Below are positions 56,153 through 63,597 of a stretch of DNA of 64,000 bases, one piece after another (the stretch's first letter is position 1; the number at the start of each line of letters is the position of its first letter). A program made the position numbers and the translations under genes. The DNA is from an uncultured Acidobacteriaceae bacterium (GTDB lineage: Bacteria > Acidobacteriota > Terriglobia > Terriglobales > Acidobacteriaceae). The stretch spans positions 183,897 to 247,896 of the forward strand of contig CAWGFZ010000001.1 in NCBI GenBank assembly GCA_963821995.1, written 5' to 3'. The notes beneath the pieces were generated by a model. It made no database searches and was not told the origin of the DNA. It saw only the letters and a list, made by a program, of their open reading frames with translations.

Positions 56153-56908
56153 CTAAAGGAAGCGGGCGTGCAGCAAGAACTCACGGTTTCCTTCAGTGCC
56201 CAGGATTGGCGATTCGATAATGTCAACTTGCGCGCCTCCAAGCGCGCCGACTGCACGCTTGACCCTCTGGACCGCGCTCTGTTGCGCCTCCACATCGCGC
56301 ACGATTCCGCCTTTGCCGACGTGTTCACGTCCGACTTCAAATTGCGGCTTCACCAGCACAACCAGCTCGAAATCCACCGTCGAGTTGCGCACCGCAGCGA
56401 CCACCGGCGGAAGCACCAGCGTAGCAGAGATGAAAGACACATCCATAGCGACGAAACTGACAAGAGCAGGTTGCTCGTTCTTCCAGAGCTGTTCCGCGGC
56501 CAGATAACGTGCGTTGGTTTTTTCCAGCAACCGCACGCGTGGATCGCTGCGCAGCTTCGCATCCATCTGTCCATGGCCTGTATCGATGGCGATCACCTGT
56601 GCCGCACCCGCCTGCAAAAGGCAATCGCTGAAACCGCCGGTAGAGGCTCCGACATCCAGGCAGATTTTGCCTCTGACGTCGATGCTCCAGTGTTCCAGAG
56701 CACGCGCCAGCTTGAGTCCGCCGCGACTGACAAAAGGCAGTTCATTGCCGAGGATGCGAATGGCGGCGTTGGGCGCGACGCTGGCACCGGCTTTCTCCAG
56801 CTTTTGTTCGTCAACTAGGACTCTGCCGGCGAGAATCAGCGCCTGCGCCCGCTCACGAGAAGGAACCAGACCGCGCTCCACCATCAACTTGTCGAGCCGC
56901 AACTTCAC
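56153..56908 (-). CDS. tlyA: TlyA-family rRNA (cytidine-2'-O)-methyltransferase
   Basis: 251 aa; an S4 domain (RLDKLMVERGL..SRERAQALI.AG.V.V), VSRGG.KL, CLDVGASTGGF.DCLLQ.GA, and VKPQFE. Confidence 0.9.
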   Translation of the reverse strand: MKLRLDKLMVERGLVPSRERAQALILAGRVLVDEQKLEKAGASVAPNAAIRILGNELPFVSRGGLKLARALEHWSIDVRGKICLDVGASTGGFSDCLLQAGAAQVIAIDTGHGQMDAKLRSDPRVRLLEKTNARYLAAEQLWKNEQPALVSFVAMDVSFISATLVLPPVVAAVRNSTVDFELVVLVKPQFEVGREHVGKGGIVRDVEAQQSAVQRVKRAVGALGGAQVDIIESPILGTEGNREFLLHARFL

Positions 56909-57166
56909 CGCGCCAGACTAGCACGATGGAATTGCCGCCGCGCGACACCTGGCTGCAGGCATGAACCCGGTTCGCACCCGCCGCAGTGCAAACAGTTAGA
57001 AATTTCGAATGCGCTGCAACTTAGGACGTATGTGCGTTCCTTTTCCACAGCCTTATGCACAATTTTGTTGAAAACCCGTTCGCGTGCGCGCCCGCCAATG
57101 GTATCCAAGGATTCCTGAAGCGTTATTTGAGCTGCGATACAATTGCCGATTCGCAGCCAGGCTCAA

Positions 57167-58012
57167 ATGTCTACGAAGACGAGTACGAGAAAACAGAACC
57201 CCGCGCAAAGCGCTGGCGCGACAGCGGCGGCCACGCCCCCAACGGAACATGCAGCGAATGGCAACGGCCGTTCGCTATCGAGTGCCGACACATTGCGGCA
57301 TCTTTTTGCGTCTTTGCTGAGATGCCGTCGGGTGCTCGAGCATCTTCAGCAGACAGCCTCGGCCGATATCGTTTCGCCAAGGTACGACGTTGCCATCGGC
57401 CACGAGGCTGTTGTCGTCGGCGCGACAATGGAGCTTCGCGCCGAAGACACTGTCGCCGCCTCGCGCAGTAATGTCATTGCGCACGTCGCGAGGGGAGTTC
57501 CTTTGCCAACAATATTGAGAGCGTCTGAAGATAAAGCGCCGGCGACCGGGGACGCCCTCAACTTTGCAACAGGCATGGCGCTGACGCACAAGCTGCAAGG
57601 CAGGCAAAATGTTTCGGTCGCACTCTGCGGGCCGGTGAATAGCAGCCTCGACGCCTGGAACGACGCGCTGAAGTTTGCCGGAGCTCACAAGCTGCCCCTT
57701 GTCTATGTTGTGGAGAGCGGGGGAGCGGGAGAGCACGCTGCGAACGCTCATCCGGCCTATCTAGAGCGGATCAGCTTCGTGGCTCGGAATTACAGTTTTC
57801 CGGGGATCATCGTCGATGGCCAGGACGTGGTTGCGGTCTGGCGCGTGGCGCACGAGTCTATTCATCGCGCGCGAAATGGATCTGGTCCCACGCTTATCGA
57901 CTGCCGCATGGATCCCGGTCGCGACCCGCTGCAACACCTGGAACACTACATGAGAAAGCGGAATGTGTGGCACGAGGGCTGGCGCGAGGCCCTGGGCAAG
58001 GAATCTCTTTAG
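57167..58012 (+). CDS. E1-alpha-like (2-oxoacid dehydrogenase TPP-binding fold) protein with a degenerate cofactor motif; no E1-beta partner
   Basis: Colinear with PDH/BCKDH E1-alpha (GMALTHKLQGRQNVSVALCGPVNSS..WNDALKFAGAHKLPLVYVVESGG...GIIVDGQDVVAV...GSGPTLIDC). However, GDG..N..ENN is replaced by GPV..S..ESG. Confidence 0.6.
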   Translation: MSTKTSTRKQNPAQSAGATAAATPPTEHAANGNGRSLSSADTLRHLFASLLRCRRVLEHLQQTASADIVSPRYDVAIGHEAVVVGATMELRAEDTVAASRSNVIAHVARGVPLPTILRASEDKAPATGDALNFATGMALTHKLQGRQNVSVALCGPVNSSLDAWNDALKFAGAHKLPLVYVVESGGAGEHAANAHPAYLERISFVARNYSFPGIIVDGQDVVAVWRVAHESIHRARNGSGPTLIDCRMDPGRDPLQHLEHYMRKRNVWHEGWREALGKESL

Positions 58013-58053
58013 TGATTCCGCCCAGGTGATCGCCGGGGCGGTGGGCCGCGCCG

Positions 58054-58085
58054 ATAAAACAAAGCCGGCGAATTTGCTCGCCGGC
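58054..58085 (-). terminator. Intrinsic terminator after the kor operon (possibly bidirectional)
   Basis: GCCGGCGA-ATTTGC-TCGCCGGC hairpin (58064-58085). On the minus strand it is followed by TTTGTTTTAT. Confidence 0.7.
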
Positions 58086-58109
58086 TTCATCTCACTGCTC
58101 GGGCTGATG

Positions 58110-58712
58110 CTAGTTTTCCAATGCCGCGACAGCCACTTGCGATTCCTGCTTCACAATGACCTGGCTTAGCTCCTTGGCGCCGTAGTCGAAGCCGCGATCG
58201 AAAGCCTTTAAGTTTAGATCCCGATAGGCTTCGGGAACGGAAGCGGCAACCGCTTTGCGCAAGGCATCCGGATCCACAGCTTGCGACACCGCGCCGAAGA
58301 AGCCGACCATCACAATGTTCAGCACCATCTTCTTGCCCAGTTCCTCGGCAATGCGCGTGGCCGGAATGCTGTAAACACGCACGCCCACTGGAAGCTCGGC
58401 AATGCGTACCAGATCTTCTTCGATGATCAGAGTGCCATTGTCCTTGATCTGCGGACTGAATAGCGTGTATGCCTCCTGCGACATCACGACCAGAATATCG
58501 GGGCGTGTGACATAGGGGTACAGCACCGGGCTGTCGGACAGGATGACCTGCGCGCTGCAAGCGCCGCCGCGCGCCTCCGGCCCGAAGCTCTGCGTCATGG
58601 TCGAATAGCCGGCCTGGTAAATGCAGCCGGCTTTGCCGATGACAACCGCAGAGAGAATCACTCCCTGCCCGCCAAATCCCGCAATGCGGATTTCTGTTAC
58701 TGGCATGAGCAC
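58110..58712 (-). CDS. korC: 2-oxoglutarate/2-oxoacid:ferredoxin oxidoreductase gamma subunit
   Basis: 200 aa; IRIAGFGGQGVILSA..IGKA and the SYGPEARGG-type motif (SFGPEARGGACSA). Confidence 0.88.
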   Translation of the reverse strand: MLMPVTEIRIAGFGGQGVILSAVVIGKAGCIYQAGYSTMTQSFGPEARGGACSAQVILSDSPVLYPYVTRPDILVVMSQEAYTLFSPQIKDNGTLIIEEDLVRIAELPVGVRVYSIPATRIAEELGKKMVLNIVMVGFFGAVSQAVDPDALRKAVAASVPEAYRDLNLKAFDRGFDYGAKELSQVIVKQESQVAVAALEN

Positions 58713-59572
58713 GCCTCCGATTCCACGTAGTCTTCGCCTAAAGCGTCGGCCAGGCTGTCGTGCATCAGACCGCCGTAGTCGCTGCGCTCACGGTCCACGA
58801 ACTTACCCACCACGATCTCGCCGCTCTTGGTCAGCCCCACCTCGCTGGTGGGTGCGCCGTTGCGAACTTTGCTGACCTGCTTGTAGAACTTCATAGTGTC
58901 GAGCCCGTCGCCCATCTTGTTGCGGCGTTGATAAAGCGTCGGGCAGGGCGACATCACCTCGATAAAGCTGAACCCCTTTTTGGCGAACATCTCTTCCATC
59001 GACCGGGCAAGCTGCCGAACGTGAAAGGCCGTCCAGCGCGCCACGTAAACCGCTCCTGCGGCCTCAACCAGATACGGCAGATTGAAGGCCGGATCGTAGG
59101 TGCCGTAAGGGTTGGTCGAAGTGATTACCGCTCCCGGGGTGGTAGGCGCCGTCTGACCACCGGTCATGGCATAGATCAAATTGTTCACGCAGACAACTTT
59201 GATGTCCACGTTGCGGCGCGCGGCGTGGATCAGGTGATTGCCGCCGATCGCAAACAAGTCGCCGTCACCCGAATAGACAACGACGTTGAGCTTGGGATTC
59301 GCCAGCTTCAGCCCGGTGGCAAACGGGATCGCTCGGCCGTGCGTCGTGTGGTATGAGTCCAGGTTGACGTATCCGGCCACGCGTCCCGTGCAACCGATGC
59401 CGGAGACAATGGCCAGCTTCTTGATGTCGACTTTGGCCTCAACCAGCGCGCGCGCAAAGGAATTGACGCTGGTGCCGATGCCGCATCCCGGACACCAGAT
59501 ATGCGGAATGCGGTCCATGCGCAGGAACTGCTCGACGGGATTCTGGGGGGTTGCCAGGGTCGCTTCGCTCAC
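58697..59572 (-). CDS. korB: 2-oxoglutarate/2-oxoacid:ferredoxin oxidoreductase beta subunit (TPP-binding)
   Basis: 291 aa; WCPGCG, SGIGC, GDGD.FAIGGNH..HAARRN, MTGGQ. Confidence 0.9.
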   Translation of the reverse strand: MSEATLATPQNPVEQFLRMDRIPHIWCPGCGIGTSVNSFARALVEAKVDIKKLAIVSGIGCTGRVAGYVNLDSYHTTHGRAIPFATGLKLANPKLNVVVYSGDGDLFAIGGNHLIHAARRNVDIKVVCVNNLIYAMTGGQTAPTTPGAVITSTNPYGTYDPAFNLPYLVEAAGAVYVARWTAFHVRQLARSMEEMFAKKGFSFIEVMSPCPTLYQRRNKMGDGLDTMKFYKQVSKVRNGAPTSEVGLTKSGEIVVGKFVDRERSDYGGLMHDSLADALGEDYVESEACSCQ

Positions 59573-60726
59573 TGCGTCACCTCCAGGATGGCTTTAAGAA
59601 TGTCTTCGGGCTTATGAACGCTGCCGCCGGCGTGCGGCACCAGGCGAACCCGAGCTTTTCCGGCAGCGGCGCGCTCGACTTCGCGCACCATCTGGCCGAG
59701 GTTCAGCTCCGGGACGACCAGCGCTTTGACCTTTGCGGCGATGTTTGCAATTTGTTTTGCCGGGAAGGGCCATGCGGTGATCAGGCGGAACTTGCCGACC
59801 TTGACGCCTTTCTGTCGCGCCATATCGATGGCCCGTTGCGCCACGCGAGAGGTGATGCCGTAGCAGACCACGACCACATCCGCGCCTTCGATTGCCTCTT
59901 CCTCGTAGAGCACGATCTTGTCGGCGTTCTTCGTGATCTTTTCGACTAGCCGCTTCACCAGTACGTCCTGCACCGCCGGCCGCATGTCGGGATAACCCCG
60001 TTCGTCATGGGTCAAGCCGGTAACGTGAACGTTGTAACCTTCGCCGGGGCGCGGCATGTCGGGGACCAAGTCTTCGCCCGGCTGGTATGCGAGATATTCT
60101 TCCGGAGGCAGAGTGGTATAGCGACGGGGCTCGATTTCGATCTGTTCAGCTGGTGGAATGACAACCTTCTCCGTCATGTGACCGACCACTTCGTCCATCA
60201 TGACGAACACCGGGCAGCGGTACTTCTCGGAATAGTTGAAGGCGGTGATGGTCAGGTCGAAGCACTCCTGCGGAGAGTTGGGACAGAGCGCGATGATCTC
60301 GTAATCGCCGTGCGAACCCCAGCGCACCTGCATCATGTCCTGCTGCGCGGGGAGGGTCGGCAAGCCTGTGGACGGTCCGCCGCGCTGCACGTCGACGAAG
60401 ACGCACGGCGTCTCGGTCATGACCGCGTAGCCGATGTGCTCCATCATCAGTGAAAATCCCGGTCCGGAGGTCACGGTGAACGCCTTGGCCCCGCCCCACA
60501 CCGCGCCTTGCAGCGTGATCGAAGCGGCCAGCTCGTCTTCCATCTGGATGAAAACTCCGCCGACGGTGGGAACGCGTGAAGCAAAGCGCTCCACAACTTC
60601 CGTCGAAGGGGTGATGGGATAACCTGACGAGAAGCGTGCCCCCGCGGCCAATGCGCCTTCACAGCAGGCGTGATCGCCGTCGAGAAAATGTGTGCCGGTG
60701 AGTACACCGGCAGGATCAGCATGCAT
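59569..60726 (-). CDS. korA: 2-oxoglutarate/2-oxoacid:ferredoxin oxidoreductase alpha subunit
   Basis: 385 aa; GYPITPSTE, TSGPGFSLM.E..G.A...E.P.V.VDVQR.GPSTG.PT. Confidence 0.9.
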   Translation of the reverse strand: MHADPAGVLTGTHFLDGDHACCEGALAAGARFSSGYPITPSTEVVERFASRVPTVGGVFIQMEDELAASITLQGAVWGGAKAFTVTSGPGFSLMMEHIGYAVMTETPCVFVDVQRGGPSTGLPTLPAQQDMMQVRWGSHGDYEIIALCPNSPQECFDLTITAFNYSEKYRCPVFVMMDEVVGHMTEKVVIPPAEQIEIEPRRYTTLPPEEYLAYQPGEDLVPDMPRPGEGYNVHVTGLTHDERGYPDMRPAVQDVLVKRLVEKITKNADKIVLYEEEAIEGADVVVVCYGITSRVAQRAIDMARQKGVKVGKFRLITAWPFPAKQIANIAAKVKALVVPELNLGQMVREVERAAAGKARVRLVPHAGGSVHKPEDILKAILEVTQ

Positions 60727-61024
60727 CTTGTGCCTCCTTCACCTCATCGGTGGCAGGCGCAGCGCTGACCGTCTCAGCCGAAACCTTCTCGGTGGCTGCT
60801 TTTGGCGGCGCGGGCTGCTTGAATCCGAAGATTGCGAAATCGGGGCAGTACATGCCACACAGATCGCAGCCGCTGCACTTCTCCGGATGGACCATGTAGG
60901 GAGTGTGATATCCCTTGGCGTTGAAGGCGGACGACAGAGCTAAAACATGCGTGGGACAAAACTCCACGCAAAAACCACAGGCTTTACATCGTTCGACAAC
61001 GATTTGCACGGAACCTTTGGCCAT
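60716..61024 (-). CDS. korD: 4Fe-4S ferredoxin-type delta subunit of the oxidoreductase
   Basis: Start at ATG 61024; two CxxCxxCxxxCP motifs (CKACGFCVEFCP, CSGCDLCGMYCP). Confidence 0.8.
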   Translation of the reverse strand: MAKGSVQIVVERCKACGFCVEFCPTHVLALSSAFNAKGYHTPYMVHPEKCSGCDLCGMYCPDFAIFGFKQPAPPKAATEKVSAETVSAAPATDEVKEAQDAC

Positions 61025-61366
61025 TGCTTGCCCTTTCTGTTGCGGGACCGTCGAAGGAACTTGGAGGTACCTAGCGATTCGCCATCCCACCTCGCACCCC
61101 ATCGCGCGCAAAACCGGCGCGCGCCGAGGGCCCCGCTACCTGGAATTACGTTGCGGCTGAGGCGGCTCACCCCGTACCGAACGATAGTTCGATTCTTGAC
61201 CAGCCACCGCCCAAGGCGAAGTGATGGGGGTCACATGGCAATGTGAGGTTGGGCACTCCGGAGCAGCCGCGAGAAATAGTCAAGGACGTTGGCTGGCGCT
61301 ATTCGGTTGACAGCGCACAGCTGCGAAAATTAGGGTGAGAAACAGTTGACCGGGGGACGCTTGGCC

Positions 61367-61558
61367 ATGACCGGAATACAGTTCATCACTGACGCAAAGG
61401 GCCGCAAGATGGCGGTGGTAGTCGACCTGAGGAAGCACCGGGCGCTCTGGGAGGACATCGAGGACGGCCTGATTTCGGAATCGCGCCGCAAGGGAAAGTC
61501 GGTCCCTTACGAGGAATACCGCGCCAGCCGCCTGAAGCGCAATCGCCCACGTGCTTAA
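61367..61558 (+). CDS. Putative type II antitoxin (partner of the RelE/ParE pseudogene)
   Basis: 63 aa; MTGIQFITDAKGRKMAVVVDLRKHRALWEDIEDGL. Its stop overlaps the GTG of the downstream toxin frame (GTGCTTAA). Confidence 0.6.
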   Translation: MTGIQFITDAKGRKMAVVVDLRKHRALWEDIEDGLISESRRKGKSVPYEEYRASRLKRNRPRA

Positions 61559-61812
61559 ATACTCTCTCGCAATCAAGCAGTCGGCGCAAAAGGAATTGGA
61601 TGCGCTGGACGATACGCTGTTCACCCGGATCGATCGTAAGATTCTGGCCTGGCTGACGACCCACGCCCCGCAGGATGCAAAAAGCTGAAGGGTTACAAAG
61701 ACCAATGGCGCATTCGTATGGGTGATCATCGGGTCGTCTACACAATCGGCATGCCATCAAAACCGTGACCATCACGCGCGTCGCCCACCGGCGCGAGGTG
61801 TACGAGCGATGA
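61551..61812 (+). pseudogene. RelE/ParE-family toxin gene disrupted by two frameshifts
   Basis: Three frames together give VLKYSLAIKQSAQKELDALDDTLFTRIDRKI / GLADDPRPAGCKKLKGYKDQWRIRMGDHRVVYTI / AIKTVTITRVAHRREVYER. This is a complete RelE/ParE-like sequence only if single-nt indels near 61640 and 61750 are repaired. Confidence 0.7.
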
Positions 61813-61884
61813 CGGCAATAACCTCGCCCTAGGAACGCTCCCACCCAAGGAACTGGACCAATTGGCCGCTCAGTGGGCGATTCC

Positions 61885-62081
61885 CTACCTGCCTATCCAC
61901 TGCAGCCGCAGCGCCTTTTCCTTCGCAGCCATATCACGCAACTCGGGATCGCCGGTCGCCAGCGGCGCGTCCTGCAGGATTGCCGTGGCGGCGGCGAGGC
62001 CGTCAGCGTAAGAAATCGCATGTCGCGCCTTGAGCGTGGCCGCCAGCATGCAGCCCACGCATCCAGAATTGGGTCTCTCAT
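61885..62081 (-). pseudogene. Internally deleted PIN-domain (VapC-like) toxin remnant
   Basis: The ATG at 62081 overlaps the upstream stop (ATGA) and reads MRDPILDAWA. A different frame then reads ...LAATLKARHAISYADGLAAATAILQDAPLATGDPELRDMAAKEKALRLQWIGR* (PIN C-terminal signature). Total length is about 65 codons against about 130 expected. Confidence 0.45.
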
Positions 62082-62521
62082 CGGACTCGAGCTGGGTCCT
62101 TCGCGAACTCGGCCTTGCGGTCCTCCCGCATCATCTTCTCCGCGTCGACTCCGGCAAGAGAACCCTGCAATTTATCCAGCGGGCGCGCTTGCGCCTCCAT
62201 GTAGGCGCGAAGGATCGCGTTTATGCGGGTTTGATAGCCGGGCCCGTTGCGTAACCAGTCCAGGAGATCAGCATCGAGCCGAATGGTCACGACCTTCTTG
62301 GGCCGCGGTAGAACCACCTTGGCTCCGCGCCAAAATTCCGCGTCAGTGGGCTCTATGTCCGGATCTTCAGCGATCGAGGCGCCGATCTCATCGTCGGTCA
62401 TAGAACGAAACTTTTTCCAATTCGTCCTGAGTTCAGCCGGCTCGCCCTCCGATTTCTTGCCAAAACGTCCGGCGCTGATGCGGTGCCGATCGCCACGCCG
62501 AGATGATGTGCCGCTCTTCAT
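62078..62521 (-). CDS. brnA: BrnA-family antitoxin with an atypical ~35-aa C-terminal extension
   Basis: ELRTNWKKFRSMTDDEI...DPD..PTDAEFW..A.VV.P..KK.VTIRLDADLLDWLRNGPGYQTRINAILRAYMEA. The only in-frame start (ATG 62521) overlaps brnT by 89 nt, so the start is uncertain. Confidence 0.6.
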   Translation of the reverse strand: MKSGTSSRRGDRHRISAGRFGKKSEGEPAELRTNWKKFRSMTDDEIGASIAEDPDIEPTDAEFWRGAKVVLPRPKKVVTIRLDADLLDWLRNGPGYQTRINAILRAYMEAQARPLDKLQGSLAGVDAEKMMREDRKAEFAKDPARVR

Positions 62522-62720
62522 TATGGCGCTCCGTGTAAATTACCGTCGTCTCAATGCCATCAACTAAGCCAATCGCGTAAATCCGAACTTCTCCGTAATC
62601 GAAACGATCGTCTTCTTTCTCAACTGTCGGCCCCTCAAAGATGCGCACGGCATCCTTGAAGGCAAGGCCGCGCCGCCTCACATTAAGGTTGTTCTTCGCG
62701 ACATCCCATGTGAAACGCAT
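62433..62720 (-). CDS. brnT: BrnT-family (DUF497) ribonuclease toxin
   Basis: 95 aa; MRFTWDVAKNNLNVRRRGLAFKDAVRIFEGP......DDRFDYGEVR..AIG...G....V.YTER....RIISAWRS. Confidence 0.7.
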   Translation of the reverse strand: MRFTWDVAKNNLNVRRRGLAFKDAVRIFEGPTVEKEDDRFDYGEVRIYAIGLVDGIETTVIYTERHNEERHIISAWRSAPHQRRTFWQEIGGRAG

Positions 62721-62773
62721 CTCTATATTTACATATTGTATTTACGCAAATCAAACCCTATGCGCCACACTGC

Positions 62774-63319
62774 TCAGCGGTTCAGCTTCCTCGCCTGGCA
62801 GGCGTCCACGACCTTGGTCGGATCGATGGCATCCGAATCCAGTTGCATCTCTATCACCTTGCCGTCCTTGTCGATCAGGTAATTCACCCGGCGAGCCGCT
62901 TTGTACTTGGGATTGTAGAGCCCGTATTCCTTGGTTACGTCGCCGCCCCAATCGCTAAGCAACGGGAAGGTGATTCCGATTTGTTCCGCCCATGCTTTAT
63001 CGGCGAAGGGCGAATCCATGCTCACACCCAGGACCTGGGTGTCGGCGGCTTCCAGCTTGGCAAGGTTCTGCTGGAAGGCCTGCATCTGCTTGGCTCAACC
63101 GCCGGTGAAAGCGAAGATGTAAAAGGCCAGGGCGACATTCTTCTTGCCGCGGAAATCGTGCAGCGAAACTTCTTTGCCGTTCTGGTCCCGCAAGGTAAAG
63201 TCGGGCGCGACATCGCCGACCTTGACCTTCGGTGCCGGCATCTCGCTGGGCTTGTCGGCAGCAAAGCCCGGCGAAGACAGCGATCCGCCGAGCAGCAGTG
63301 CTAGCAAAAGCTTCCTCAT
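62774..63319 (-). CDS. Exported AhpE-like 1-Cys peroxiredoxin with in-frame TGA (putative selenocysteine) at the peroxidatic position (63097-63095)
   Basis: Track ORFs 63095-63379 and 62774-63085 share one frame. The sequence reads [113 protein letters not shown].... The TGA aligns with the FTG.C peroxidatic Cys of AhpE-type peroxiredoxins. Start at ATG 63319 with a GGAGAGGAGAGG RBS. Confidence 0.75.
63047..63080 (-). promoter_or_regulatory. Candidate SECIS hairpin for the peroxiredoxin UGA
   Basis: mRNA GGC(C)UUCCAGC-AGAACCUUGCCAA-GCUGGAAGCC: 10 bp with one bulged C, starting 15 nt after the UGA. Confidence 0.5.
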
Positions 63320-63514
63320 TAAGCCTCTCCTCTCCATATTTCGTGAAACCCCAATGGCGTGTGTCTGACATTGTCCCATTGCCGCGCCCAGATTGCCACG
63401 GGCGTTCTGTCAAGTGCATTTTGTAGTTTGTGGCACACCCGCTTCCATTTCGGAACGTGGGTCAAAGGCCACCCCACTTTCCCAATTGCGGAAGCCGTCT
63501 CCTACGAGATACAT

Positions 63515-63531
63515 TGAATGAGTATTCATTC
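63515..63531. promoter_or_regulatory. Palindromic box TGAATGA-GTA-TTCATTC upstream of the TetR gene (candidate FadR/YsiA-type operator)
   Basis: GAATGA-GTAT-TCATTC perfect inverted repeat 67-83 nt before GTG 63598. By recall, it resembles the TGAATGA..TCATTCA box of Bacillus FadR (YsiA). Confidence 0.45.
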
Positions 63532-63597
63532 GGCGCGCAGCGCCAGCGCTTGCAGACACTTTAGGCGCGAGTCTCTCAGGCGGACGACAAGTTGCAC

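Noticed and set aside
61280-61844. Minus-strand ORFs 61280-61729 and 61386-61844 across the TA locus
   Set aside because: The plus strand gives a coherent antitoxin plus a frame-repairable RelE/ParE sequence. The minus-strand translations have no recognisable features.
62433-62521. The 89-nt brnT/brnA overlap considered as programmed frameshifting or a fusion
   Set aside because: There is no slippery sequence or other evidence. More likely the true brnA start is non-canonical or the annotation of the start is simply uncertain.
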